DNA from: Gracilinanus agilis
Taxonomy: Eukaryota
Direction: 5' to 3'
Length of the DNA: 64,000 bases
Assembly (NCBI RefSeq): GCF_016433145.1
Contig: NC_058133.1
Location: 252,551,881 to 252,615,880, forward strand
Both the position numbers and the translations under genes were made by a program. The notes beneath the pieces were generated by a model, which searched no databases, was not told the origin of the DNA, and saw only the letters and a program-made list of their open reading frames with translations. Within the stretch, counting starts at the first letter, position 1; the number at the start of each line of letters is the position of its first letter. This document shows positions 1 to 12,998 of this stretch, piece by piece.

Positions 1-631
1 GCAGTAGCTGTGATCGTCCTACTCCACACCTTCCAATACTCCAACTTCATATTCCAATAATGACTAGGACTATATATCATAATAGTCCTGGGGAAGCTAA
101 TCTACCTTTCCTGCCAACTTTTACCTTTCAGGGCCATGTGAAAGGCCTGGGTTCTGGAATATGGACTCTTTTGTGTGCCTATGTGTATCAGGGAAGTAAT
201 GAAAGGTTTTCTTCCTAATATAGAAACATCCTAAATGTTTAGTATTTGCTCCCTATGTGGGTTAGTTGGCTTCCCTATTCCATGGCCACTGACTATAGGC
301 CTAACCCTGGCCCAACTATCTTTGTAGCTCTTTGTCTCAAGAGAAACCAGTCAGGTTAGCAAATCTTACCAGTATTACTAGAAAAAAAAAATGCAGGATT
401 TTGGCAGCAAAAATAGCGTCTTCATACCTGATGTGCAACTGATTTTTTCCTTTTGGGGGTGTAGTATGGGAGATAATTTTCCCCCTAAAACTCTAATTAA
501 GTCCTACACTTGTTTGCCCCCAGCTCTTTCCAGCCCTCCTCCTGGAAGCTTCTAGGAACATGGAGCCCCAGGGTCTCATTGGGAGTTCATTCTTAATAGA
601 AAGAAAACCGTCAGAGCAGAGATAAGGATTT

Positions 632-684
632 GTATATATCTATATTATATATATACATATATATTTGTATATATATATATATAT
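632..684. repeat. Imperfect (TA)n microsatellite
   Basis: Direct sequence. Confidence 0.85.
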
Positions 685-899
685 GGATAGGAATAGTATT
701 CTGGAGTTGAGAAGCAGAGAAGTTTGGGGGAGGAGAGTTCACTGGCCTCCCCTACTTTCCAATGACTGACAGCGGCAGCTTCCCTTTCCAAGCAACCCCC
801 GGCTGCTGCATCCCTGCACACCCAGAGCCTTTTTCAACAACTGGACCCTTACTCTCCCCACCCCCTGGGGTGCTAGGTCTCTGACACTTTCCTGGCACA

Positions 900-2350
900 C
901 ACCCGTAGCTTCCTCTACGTCCTTCAGACTGGCACGCTCACCTCCCTTGCACCCTTAGGTGTTCACTGCCTGAGGAGTCCATCCGACCTTTGCACGCTCG
1001 CCCTGCCACACTCGTGCCTCTTCCTTATCTGCCGCCAGTCTCGAGCACTTCTCACCTGCACCTGCCCCTTAGGTTCCCCCTGCTCCTCCTCATTCTCGGC
1101 ACACATCTAACCCCTCCCTACACGCTCTCCGCTTTCTCTCGCTCTCTCATCTTGCCCCCTAGCGGTACTATCCAACCCTTCCCTCACACTTGTCCTCCCA
1201 GATTAGCGGAACCTTAACCTCCACCCAGCTCAACCCTGGCACCGCCCCATTCTATTGCTATTGGCCGGCAAAAAAAAACGTTCCTCAGAGCAGAGGCCAC
1301 GCCCTCAACTCACGCCTCTATTTCCTTCCTGAGGGTCTTCTGATTGGTCTGTTTGGAAGCCACTCGCCCGTTGCTAGCCTGTGATTGGTTGCCGTGAGGA
1401 GCGGGCACGGCCTACTCTGTTCGCGTCGTTTGACGTTCCCATTTACCCCAGTGCCGGAGTCCCCTCCTTCTCGCTGGACCTGATTAGCTCCTTATCCAGC
1501 TTCGGGCACTATGATTGGATACGGCGTCAAGGGGTGTGACAGCCTCCAGACACGGCCGTTGGCGAGCACTCCATTCTATCCCTCCTCCCCTTCTCGCTCC
1601 CTCACTGGAGGGGCAGAGTCCTCTTCCCCGTAGCCAGTCCTGATTGGCTGGCTGCACCCGTCCCGCGACGGCGATTGCTCCGTGAGGTTTCTGACCCCTC
1701 TCCCTCCTCCTGGAGAGACTACGGCGGCTCCGAGGAGGGGGAGGGAGGGGAAGGCCGCTCCCGTCAGTCAGACGGCTGTGGGAATCGCCGGGAGCGGATG
1801 GCGGCTGCTATAGTAGCCCCACCCGCCGTCGGGGGCGAGGAGACCGCGGCAGCAGCCCGGGTTCCGGGATCTACGGGGTTGCCAGGGAGCCGTAGCGCCG
1901 AGCGGGCTCTAGAGGAGGCCGTAGCCACTGGGACACTGAACCTGTCGAACCGGCGTCTGAAGCAATTCCCCAGGGGCACGGCCAGTGGCTACGACCTGTC
2001 GGATATCACCCAAGCTGGTGAGTGCACCCTTGCGCCAGGCCTGGGACTCGTTGGTCCTCATTTGCATAGCCACGCCTCCTGCATGGGTCCCTTGTGAGCT
2101 TCTGACCGCGCCTTCTCTTTTGCATAGCTACGCCCCTCCGGCCTGGCCCGGGCCGTATCTGAGCTCCCTCTGCATAAACTACCACCTTCCTTCCGTACCT
2201 GGCCGGTCGGCCTTTGCATTCGCTGATCGTTTGCAAAGCTATGCCCCAACTGGCTAAATTCTAGTTGGAACTTTTCTGACCGCGCCTCTTCATTTGCATA
2301 ACTTGGCGTCCACTGCGTTGCACCGAAGCAGGCCCCCTCACCTAGAGCCG
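900..2350. promoter_or_regulatory. CpG-island promoter of LRCH4 with an array of reverse CCAAT (ATTGG) boxes
   Basis: CpG-rich against a CpG-poor background. ATTGG at 1260, 1343, 1384, 1514 and 1643, four of them as TGATTGG. Confidence 0.8.
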
Positions 2351-5300
2351 GAAGAAATCGTAACTACCATCTAGCCCAACCTCCTCATTTTGCATATGAG
2401 GAAACTGAGCAGCCCCCAAGAGCTTTAAAGTGACTTACACTTTTTTTTGGGTCCCTGCCCCTGGTTCTGAGTATGTCTCCTCATTTCGAAGTTCTGACTC
2501 TAATGACTTCTGACTACTTTCTTCCTCCCTTCTTCATCTCAAGTCTCACTGAACCCACTGCCTTCTCCAAGGGCTACCCACTTTGGAACTGATGGTTCTT
2601 GTTTTCTTACTGTAATCTTCTCACCGCACCTCCTCCCTCTCCGCTCCCCCCTACCCCTCCACCAACCCAACCAATCGGTGAGCCTAGGGGAAGAACCTTG
2701 CGAATTGAAGCCACCTTACCTAGGCTTACTGCCCTATCGTATCCCTGGTTTCTTATTTGAGGCTTCTCCTGTCCTCCGTCCATGAGGTCACTGAGAGGAG
2801 CCTGTGACCTCATAGGGACCCTAGAGTTCACATCTTAGTTTCTGCTCCCCCCCCCCCCCCCCCGCCAAGAAGGAAAGGTGATCTTATAGCTGTAGTTAGG
2901 TGGAGAAATCAGATCCCCAGAAGTGAAGGGAGAAAAGTGCTACAATCCCTTTTTCTCTCCTGACACCCCTTCTTCCTGGTTAAAGATTCTACTGTTTCAC
3001 AACCGGGAGAAACTTAAAATAGATCCTGTTATCCAGCCTCTGTATTTTACAAATGAAGAAACAACTAGAGAAGGAAAGTAATCTTGCCTATGAACACACA
3101 TGTGTAAACTTTCACAAATTACTAACTGGGATTAGAACCCATGTTTCTTAATTCCTAAATAAGTATACTTTCCACTGTAACACTTTATATGAACTATCTT
3201 CTCCATAACTTAATATTTGAGGAATAGATAGTAATGCCTTCTAACTCTGATATCTGCTAGGAAGATTGTCAGGGGTGCTCAAATTTAGCTGCTTCTTTAA
3301 GGCTGGCTAGGATCTAGAGCTGGCAGCTGTTAGAAAAGTGCATTCCTGGAGCCCAACCCTGGCCCAGCCTATGAAAGCTATCCCTCTTCTCATTTGATTT
3401 TAAACTGAGGAATTCTATACTTACTGAGAACTCTTCCCTACCACCAAACTCAAGGACTCCTTTCCTCTCTGGAGTGAGTATTTGTACTTACCCCTTCCCA
3501 TTTCTGTTCTAGACCCAGTGTCCCTTTTCTTTTCTTCAGTTCTCTTAGGTTACATTATTGTGTGGCTAGCAAGCCTTTCTGCTTAAGCTAGCTTGGGGTT
3601 GTCTATGTCTTCTCACTCCCTACCAAATCTAAGACATCTCATTTTCTCTGTACCTCCTCTGTCTATATAATAGCCTTGCAAAAGACTAAATGTCACCCAT
3701 GAGTTTTAGGGGTTTTTTTTGTTGTTGTTTTTTGTTTGTTTTTTTACAAGAGGCCCTAGAGTTGGAGAAAGAAGGAAGAGCCACTTAGAACAACCCCCCA
3801 CTTCTCTCTCCCCACATTCACTCATCTTCCTTTTCTTTTATCTGGGACTTTGAAGTGTTTATCCACAGTTATATGTCAGATAGAGAGGGTGGAAAAATCC
3901 TAGCTTTCCTTATCCTCAAACCCCAACTCCCTCTCCCCCCTCCACAATTCCTTCTAGCAGTTCCTATATGGACTAGATTGCTTCTGTTCTTTACCAGGTT
4001 CCTTTACTGTGGTAGGCCAGGGTGGAAAAGGGAAATATCTGAAGCCCTGGGCTCCTTAAATTGTTATATCATAGGATCATGGATTTAGAGAGGGAAGGGA
4101 CCTTCTAAGTCATCTAGCCTAACTCCTCTTCATTTTATAGAAGTCCTTTAGAAAAACTAAGGAATTTTGGTTTAAATTAATTTTAATTAAGCAGTTGCTA
4201 GAGCCAAGTTTCTAACCCTGGCTTTGTGACTCTAAATTCATTCTGCTTCTCATCTACAACCTTCTTTTAGTTCTTCAACCTCCTAATTTCTGCTTTACAG
4301 CCAAATTCTTCCGGCTCAAAGGGGAAAATGAGGTCACTGTGTTCTTCAGTAGGAAGCCTGAGTACTTACCACCCTTCCTCCCTCTTTCCACCTGTTACTA
4401 TCTTCTTCTTCACAGAGAAGAAAAAACTTTACTCCATCCTCCCCAGAGATTCCCTCTTCAATGTTTCCCCTCTCCCCACACAATGATAAAATAGCAGACT
4501 TCCTTCTCCTTCACGTTCTTCATTTTGCGTTTTTGACTTGAAAGCTAGAATCTCTTTTTTCTTCCTTTCCTCAGCTCTTTCTGAACTGGAAGAAATTATT
4601 TCTTCTTCCTTCCCAAGCTCATCCAACTCAGTACTTCCTCCATACAGGAGAGATGCCCTGTGTTTCCTCATTCCAATGAACTCTATTATCTGGGGCCTAA
4701 AACAGGGATGAATCCGAGGTGGGGTTCAGGGAACAGTTCTAGCAAAAGAGAAGTGCTGGCAGCCTTGCTATTGACCACATCCTGTCTCTCTTTTGCCCCT
4801 CCACCCCCAGCCTGTGTTTCTTTCCCCTCCTACCTTGAGGTCCCTTTTTACAACCCCATGCCAGCCTGTCTGCCCACTCCTCCCTACCAAGGTCATGATG
4901 AATGCAGATAGGAATCCTAAATATTTCCCAAAATGTCTTTTCATATGATACAAAGCTCTCGATAGGCTGGGGAAAACATAAAGCAGAAGCTTTTCCCCTC
5001 TGCTTGCCCTGTGAAAATTTCAGGCAGTTGGTGCTGGAATAGGAGAGATTGTTTTCCATTTCACTTCCTGTCATGAGGCCAGTTTCCTTGGGGAAAGTTT
5101 TTCTGGGGGGCCAGATCCCCCTACCTTTCGAAAACTCTTCCTACAGCACTGGAGAATAGGGGTGGGGTATAATCCTGAGATTTATTCAAGCTTTCTACTC
5201 CAAGTCCTGTAATATCTACCTCTGCAGTTGACCAGTAGGAAAAAAAGGGAGTCCTGAGTTTCTAGGATTTCTGGGGAGGAGAGAGGCAGGGTCTGGCTTA

Positions 5301-8300
5301 GGTGAATTATTTTTAGCTACTTGAGTACTGCTGGGTCTCTCCTCCCACTGCTCCCTACTTGGAAGTTGGGGGAGAAAGATTGTTTCACAGAGGATTGAGC
5401 TTCACACAGCAGGGTCAAGTGGAGAGGAAATGAAACTGGTTGTGCAATCTGGCCCAAGGAGGAGGGCTTGAGTGGGGAATGGGGGTTGTTGGGGAGCAGC
5501 CAATGGTAGCTCCTCTGGGCAAACAGCCATCTGGGGCCAGTCTGGAGGGAATTGGTTTAAAGGAAGGGTGCTTTTTTTGGTTTGTTTTTGTTTTTAAAAA
5601 ACTCTTCTGTCTTAGAATCATTAATTATTGGTTCAACCCCCTAAGGCAGAAGGGGCTAGGAAGTTAGGGTTCAGTGACTTGCCCAGGGTCAGACAGGTAA
5701 GGAAGTATCTGAGGCCAGATTTGAACCTAGGTTCTCCCATTTTTAGGCCTGACTTTCCATCTTCTGAGACACCTAGCTACCCCAAGAGGAAGGTTTTTTT
5801 TTAAATACTGGGGTCTTTACCTCTAGCTCATCACTACTTAGAGAAGGGTTTGTCTTTCAACCTGATCAGTTGGACACAAAGAATCTTGATTTCCCCAAGA
5901 CAAGCGTAATTACCCAGCTCAGGACGAGGTGAGGATGGGAAAGAGGAATATGTAGGGAGATGGGGAACTCTTCCCTCTTCCTTTTCCCTATTTCAGGCTC
6001 TTCTATGTTCCTTCTGCCCATAACCTCAACATGTCCTCTGTTTACCTTTGTTCTCTCTCATCTTCTTGCCCTCATGGGGCCTAAGCCTTAAGGGGCTACC
6101 CCTTTGTCATAGTAGGAAATGGGATCCCTATGCACCAGCTCTGGGTAAGGCAGGGACTGTTATATAGAGTCTGAGCTTTTCCATAGTTATCCCCTACTTT
6201 ACCTGATCTCTAGACCTATCCAGGAACCGGTTCCCTGAGGTGCCAGAGGCAGCATGCCAGCTGGTGTCCTTAGAGGGTCTGAGCCTCTATCACAATTGCC
6301 TTCGGTGCCTGAATCCAGCGCTGGGGAACCTCACGGCCCTTACTTACCTCAACCTAAGGTACAGTGGTTGTTTGGGGAGGTCTCAGCATTAGAAGTGAAG
6401 GGGAATGGGGATATCTTGCTCCACTCTTGAGTTACATTGTAGGGATTGAACCCTGGACTGTCAAGACTTTACAGAATCTTCTAAGGAGGGAGGTGTTCCC
6501 TGAGCCATCTAGGTCTGAATTGTGAGCCTACTTTTTTTTCCTCCCACTACAGCCGGAACCAACTGTTGTCGCTGCCTCCTTATATCTGCCAGCTGCCCCT
6601 TCGTGTGCTCATTGTCAGCAACAACAAGCTGGGAGCTCTGCCTCCTGACATTGGGGCTTTGGGAAGCCTAAGACAGCTTGTGAGAATGGGACAGCTAAGG
6701 AAGGGGAAGAACCTTGGGTTCTTTGGAGGGAAAGTTGAGGAGAAACAATTGCTGGGAGTGGGGGGAGGGGGGGAGAGACACACAGGTGATGATGCCAAAG
6801 AATTAAATCAATGGGGGTTAGAGGGACTGGCACAGGGATTCATGGCCTGACCTTTGTCTCAAGCCCCAACTTCCTCCCTAACTTCAGGATGTAAGCAGCA
6901 ATGAGCTTCAGTCCCTTCCCCTCCAGTTGGGTAACCTCCACTCCTTGAGGGACCTTAATGTTCGGAGAAACCAGCTCAGCACTCTGCCTGATGGTGAGGG
7001 AGGTCAGGGCCTGGGTGGGGAATCCTTAGTGATCTTTAGGAAACCTCCCTCAACCCCCTTCTCTCAAATTAAGCAGCCATTTAACATGTATGGGTCCTGC
7101 CCTCATAAATCTAGTTGAAGAAGCCAGATTAATAGACATGAAACAGAAAAAAATATAAGCCAGTTTGTAAGTTAAATGCTAAATTGTGTGCTTCTGATTA
7201 TAAGTATACTAGGAAATCAGAGAAAGGAGAGACCAGTATGGGCTGGATGAGCCAGGGAAAGCTTCATGGAAGAGGTGAAACTTGACTTGAGTCTTGAAGG
7301 GTAGTAGGATTTGAATGGAGAGCATTCCTAGTGAAGGTAACATGATAGAAGGCACAGGCAGGAATGAGCATAGTGTGGACCAGTAGAGAGACCAGTCTGT
7401 CAGGAATAGAAGGTGTTTGGGGGTGGAGGAGCAGTGTGAAATGGGGTTGGATAGGTAAGGGTGGCACTGACTTTCCGTTCCACCATCCAACCCAAAATCA
7501 TTGTTTGCTCTCCAGAGCTGGGAGACCTTCCTCTTGTTCGTTTGGACTTCTCCTGTAACCATGTTTCTCGAATCCCAAACTCTTTCCGCCGCCTCAGGCA
7601 CCTCCAGGTCATTCTGCTGGATAGCAACCCCCTTCAGAGCCCTCCTGCACAGGTGAGGTATCCTGGATCTGGAAGGGCAGGTGGGCAGGATTCAATATAT
7701 CTATAGAGCCATTTTCCAAAGTTGGGAAGAAGTGAAGCCTGAGGAGGATTGCCCTTTGTGGTTCTCCAAATTTTCCCGTTTTTTTCTCCTGACTCCCAGA
7801 TCTGCCTGAAGGGAAAGCTTCATATCTTTAAGTATCTTTCATCAGAGGCTGGAGAGCGGGGAGTCTCTGGATTTGGGGACCTGCCACCCTCTCACCCATC
7901 AGGCTTTAGCCCCTGGTGAGTCACAGGTTATAGAGGAGTTACCTAGTTAATAAGATCCCTTGTTCTAGCTTTGTGGACCACAGTGTTCAGGGTAGTTTGG
8001 GATTGGACTCTTTCTCAAATAACAAAGAATTTGAAGATATGGATGTGATGGGGGGAGGTGGGGTTGCCATTGGGGAGGTAGGGATGTTAGAACTATCTTG
8101 TTGACATTTGACCATGCCTTCCTCCAACTCTAGCCCTGTGGAAGATTTGTTCCCTGGACGTCGGTATGATGGTGGGCTGGACTCTGGTTTCCACAGTGTT
8201 GACAGTGGAAGTAAGAGGTGGTCTGGAAATGAGGTAGGGGCCTTCCCAAGTTGGACATTTCTTTCCTGGTCCTATGAAAGAAGTGTCTTCTTCCCAGACA

Positions 8301-8384
8301 AAGAGATCCACTGGCCCTAGGATATAGGGATGTGGTCAAGGAGCCTTTTTATTGGATGTAGGGGGCTGCCCACTTGCCAGCAGG

Positions 8385-8434
<50 letters not shown>

Positions 8435-11397
8435 TCTCTCTACTCCCACTCTCTCATCACGTGCTGTCCAATTGTGATGTTGGGGGTTGGTCTCAGAGGC
8501 CTCATTCTCCCTCTCCATAGCTGACAGATGAATTTTCGGAACTATCTTTCCGTATCTCAGAATTGACCCAAGAACCTCGGGGGCCTAGGGAGCAGAGAGA
8601 GGATCGAAGTGGTGAGTGATGCCTGGGTGCCAGAGATTGGAGAAAAAATGGGCTATTATTAGTGATTCTGGAATGGGGAAGGTGGAGCTGCTGGAGGCTT
8701 AGATATTCCCATGACCTTCCCTTGATCTCCTCAGGTTGTGGGGACCCTGAACAAATTGACTTCATAGATAGCAGTGTACCTGGGGAGGAAGAGGACAGAG
8801 GTCCTATTGAGGTGAGGATGACCTAGCTTCCATAATTCCCAGGGAGATGGGGAGGGCTAGGTGGACCCTTGAGGAAAATGTAACATAACAAGGTGCATAT
8901 GGACATTACCATATGAAATCTTTCAGCATGACTGTTGTGTACCTTCTTTTCCCAATCCTGTACTCTAGGAGCAGCAACTGGAAGAGCACAAGACCCCAGA
9001 GATAGAAATAGAAAGGCCCCCTAGTGCCAGGTATTACTGCCCCAGTTCCATTATCAGCCCACTGCCCTAGTATCACCCCCATTCCACGTTGTGAATCACT
9101 TCATTCTGCCCCATTGGTGCCTTTTTTCTTCTCCTTTGACTTGATGGATATCTTTTCTCCTCAGTTCTCTCTCCCTTTGGACTCTATAGATGGATGCCCA
9201 ATTATTGACTTCCCTGTGACCTTTCAGGTTGGTGGAGCCAGCTGGGGAAGAACGTCGCCGGCCAGACACACTGCAGCTGTGGCAGGACCGAGAGAGGAGG
9301 CAACAGCAAAAGGAGAGGTATGACAAACAAGAGTGAGACTGGTTCAGATGGGGAACATTGGGATGATATTAGACTTATTGTTTGTCCGTGTTTGGTTGGT
9401 AGAGGAGAGGGGATAGATTTATAAGAAGTTACTGCTCTGATGCTTCCTCCTTTCCCCACTATGTCAAAGGCTTTGATCTGTTCTTGATGTCTCCCACCTT
9501 GGCCCACTTCCCACCCTATGTGAATATTTTTCTAATGTGTGTCTTCCATTTTCTGTCTTTTTGGTCTCTTTGTAAAAGTTTCCTGAAACTGGCAAACAAG
9601 GGTAATGGTGGAAGTGCTACCAACATAGCCTCCAACAAGTAAGTCTTTTCTTCTCATCTCCAACATCTGATCACCCTTTGGCCTCTCCCAGTATATCCTC
9701 CCCCAGCTAACTCTCTCCCTTTAGCAATTCCTCCAAGCCAAGTGGCCCCCAGCCTGGAGCTCCTATACCCAGCTCTTCATCTCCAGACCTCCACACAGTC
9801 TGTCCAGGTGAATTGGGGTCCCTAAGGGGGATAAGGAAGGGGCATCTCTTAGATGGTGGTGGGATCTTTAGGAGAACTATGAACAGTGGTGGGATGGTGG
9901 AGTACTACTTTAACTTTCTCAGGCTTCACTTTTCCCTCCTTTTACCCCTATCCCACCCCCCCAGCCACAGGCCCTTCTCCCCAGCCACTTGGCCCCACCC
10001 AAAGACCAAACAGTTTCCTGTTCCGTTCATCTTCTCAGAGCAGCTCAGGTGAGTTGTAGGCCTGGTGAGCTGTTTTCTATATCCCTCTGCCAGTGCCTGT
10101 CACTCCCCTAACCCTTTTACAAATTTCTACAGTTTGGGATTTTATCTGACACTTGCGAATTCTCCAGTATCCCAGTTTCCTTTTTCAGAGAAGCTGACAA
10201 ACAGCAAGTGTTTTGGATCTAGATAGCTGGATCTTAGTTGGAATATTAAGGGAAAATGTGGCAAATGGTATAGAGAAGGAGAAATATCATCGTTTTGTCA
10301 ACTTTGTCTTTAGCTTCCTCTCCAGGCCCATTTTCATCAGAGCCTGTTCTGAGACCACGACGGTCCCCCCAGTCAATGGAGGATAAGGAAGAGTTAATGG
10401 CTCAACTCCGACAGGTAGAGTTTCATCAGCTTCATTACATTTGTATTCTCAAGCACAGAAGTAGGTTTGGATTCCCTTCAGAGACCCAGGAATCCTACTC
10501 CAACCTCCTTTCCCTTCCCAAGTACAAGTACTTCCCACTTCATGGAACTCAAGAAATCTGTTGCTTTTCCCAGAAAGAGGATGAAAAGAAAGATAGCTGG
10601 TGCTCTCATCTTTGACTCCTCAGGTCCTCGAATCTTGCCTACAGCAGCCCCTGCCTGATGATTTAAGTGATGCTCTGGCTAATGGCGTTATCCTATGTCA
10701 GTTAGCCAATCACCTCCGCCCACGATCTGTGCCCTTCATTCATGTTCCCTCACCTGCTGTGGTTAGTATATAGGGGACAATAGGGTGGAAGAAAGAGGAA
10801 GGGTCATTTATTGCCTCTTATATTTCACCTCTCTAACTTCCTCTTTCCTATCTCAGCCAAAACTTAGTACTCTCAAGGCTCGAAAGAATGTGGAGAGTTT
10901 CTTAGAGGCCTGCCGAAAGATGGGAGTCCCTGAGGTATGCTATGGCAGCTTATGAGGGTGGAGTGGGTGCATGCTGTGGAGGGGAGAGAGTCTGTGCAGG
11001 GGGGAGGGAGGCCGGGCATATTATGCATGAAGGAAAGGGAAGAAGGGGTCCTAGGCCTTACCAGAAGAATGTCAATATGGGAGAAAGCTTAGTCTACCAA
11101 TATAATATCCTCAGCATGTGAGGGAAATTTGGGAGGGGAAAGTTGTACTGCTGCTGATGTCTGTCTGTTCTGCTTCCCTGCCTTCCTGACCTATCACAGG
11201 CTGACCTGTGCCTGCCCTCAGACCTCCTCCAGGGTACCACACAGGGGCTACGTACCACGATGGAGGCTGTGAAGTGTGGTGGTGGGGAGGGCCCCCTCCC
11301 CCTTGGGCTCTCTCCCAGCCTGGGGGGCTTCGCCGCCTTCTACGTGGTCCTCATGTTCCTGCTCTATGTCACCTACGCTCGGCTTCTAGGCTCCTAG
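1798..11397 (+). CDS. LRCH4: Leucine-rich repeat and calponin-homology domain protein 4, transmembrane isoform, 666 aa, 18 exons
   Basis: All introns GT-AG, frame continuous. Exons: 1798-2017, 6214-6358, 6553-6679, 6888-6993, 7516-7652, 7800-7915, 8134-8233, 8521-8611, 8735-8811, 8969-9030, 9228-9317, 9579-9638, 9725-9807, 9965-10048, 10326-10414, 10624-10761, 10857-10934, 11200-11397 (2001 nt). Motifs: RSAERALEEAVATGTLNLSNRRLK, LRR units (DLSRNRFPEVP, LDFSCNHVSRIP), DSGFHSVDSGSKRWSGNE, CH domain (LANGVILCQLANHLRPRSVPFIHVPSPAVPKL..KNVESFLEACRKMGVPE), hydrophobic C-terminus (FAAFYVVLMFLLYVTY). Confidence 0.96.
5591..5783 (-). mobile_element. Marsupial SINE1-type CORE-SINE, older copy
   Basis: gtgacttgcccagggtc..gaggccagatttgaacctagg core. 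Confidence 0.8.
8387..8432. repeat. (AC)23 microsatellite in LRCH4 intron 7
   Basis: Perfect dinucleotide run. Confidence 0.95.
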
Positions 11398-11965
11398 GAC
11401 CCTGGAGCCTGAACGTCCCCAAACCTCGTGTGCCTATTTATGACAATTCCTTCCCCTACTGCCCACCCCCTCAGGAAAAGTCTCATTGTGGGGACTACCC
11501 CTCTTTTCTCTCTGACCAATGATGCCTTCTGCCCTCACCAAAGCTGTACCTCTTCCCTTTCCATAAACATACAATGACTTCAGAAGCCCCACATTACGTA
11601 GGGTCTCCCTCTACAATGGACCCCTAGCCTCTACTCATTTCTGTGGGCCCTCATTGTGGGTCTTCCACCTCTTAATTCTCTCTGGCCCTTGATTCTTCAG
11701 AGAGGCTTTGGGCCCCTGCACTCCCTCCTCTGTTTCTCCCTGCCCTCTTCCCCCCCCCCCCCAGTCCTCCCTTGTTAAATTATCTTTATTTTGTAGAGAG
11801 ATCACTATATTTTTAGGGGATGATAGGGCCCTTGCCCAAATCCTCCCTCTTTGTTTATAAATTGTATAGAACTTGACTTCAGCCTCAGTGTGTGTTTGTT
11901 ATGTATATTTTGTTTCTGCTTGTGTCACTTTGTGCCATCTTCCTTCTTGGCCCCCTTTTCTAGAT

Positions 11966-11971
11966 AATAAA
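11966..11971 (+). terminator. Poly(A) signal, LRCH4 TM isoform
   Basis: AATAAA about 570 nt after the stop codon, followed by GT-containing sequence. Confidence 0.65.
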
Positions 11972-12477
11972 GAGGAAATCTCCTGAGCTGTGTTGCCCCA
12001 CTCCAAGGCCCTCTAATAGTATACTTTGAAGTGCCTCCCTCCAGATCTGCTTCAGAGCTTCTTTTCCTCAGAACCTGTTAGCTTAGAGTTCTAACCCAAT
12101 TCAGCAATTGATAATTGAGCACTTTGTCAAGCACTTCCCCATCTCATCCCTCCAAGGCTTCTCTCTCATCTTGCCAGTCTGTGCAGTGTCTGTATGCAGG
12201 GCTGGATCCAGGTGACAGTGTTGGCTAGCTACAGAAAGGGAGAGGGCAAGTAGCCAGGACCTCAGGCCTCTTTATCACTTTGGGGATCCCTGCCTATCTC
12301 CCTTCCATTCAACTTGTGTCCCTTATTTACTGACTAAGGTGGGAGAAGTAATCAAGACTGAAGTGAAAAGCCAGGCTGGGGTCTCCTGTTTATCTCTCCA
12401 GGAAGGGGTGGGCTAGAGAAGATACTTCATGAAGACTAACCTAGGCTCCTTCCTAATTTCCCATCCCCTCCCCCCAG

Positions 12478-12600
12478 GAGTCCCTGTGCCAGCCCCACCA
12501 CATCTTAGAAGAGGAGGGAACCCCTGAAAAGGGCCTCCCCAACATCATCACCGCTGTCCACGCGTTGCTGGAGCAGGCAGGGTCCCGTGGGCATTCTTAG
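12478..12600 (+). CDS. LRCH4: LRCH4 alternative terminal exon completing the CH domain without a TM segment (ESLCQPHHILEEEGTPEKGLPNIITAVHALLEQAGSRGHS*)
   Basis: Pyrimidine tract + CAG at 12475-12477; phase 0 matches the exon 17 donor at 10934. Resembles the LCxPHHILEE..xxALL CH-domain end of LRCH1-3. Own AATAAA at 12999-13004. Confidence 0.85.
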   Translation, partial: ESLCQPHHILEEEGTPEKGLPNIITAVHALLEQAGSRGHS

Positions 12601-12998
12601 GAGAGGGGGAAGGGGAGATACAAGACATCCAGGAACCCAGTGGCTACCCTTCTCCCTGCACCAGCAAATATGGATGGATATCTTTAGGTTACTGCCACTC
12701 ACAATTCAGTTGAAGGTGGGATGGGGCAGAGGGACCTTCAATCCATATTCCTGCCCCTGGACTCTTAGATGGGTGGGAAGACCTCAGCCTTGGCAGTTAC
12801 TGTTTCCAGACTCTTCCTGGTGTAGGGAGCAGTAGTTCCTACTGAGATGCTGTGGTTCTCCAAAGAACTCCCCATGGCCAACGGAAGAAATGGCTAAAGA
12901 CTGGATTCTGGGGGGAGAGGCAAGGGAAGAGGGCTGTGATGGAACAAGAAGGTATCTGGACTAAATCTCTCCACACCTCAAGCTGTGCCAGGTCCCTC

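Noticed and set aside
1-1200. FBXO24 coding exon expected from synteny
   Set aside because: No recognisable FBXO24 peptide on the minus strand, so no feature was called.
1675-1797. 41-aa N-terminal extension of LRCH4 in the ORF track
   Set aside because: It starts at TTG (bacterial start table). The ATG at 1798 matches the known MAAA.. start and gives the expected exon phase.
2847-2862. Long poly-C run (others at about 11751 and 14061; poly-G at about 25504)
   Set aside because: Simple homopolymers, possibly with sequencing length error; no function supportable.
8330-8524. HT/CV dipeptide-repeat ORFs
   Set aside because: Translation artefacts of the (AC)23 microsatellite.
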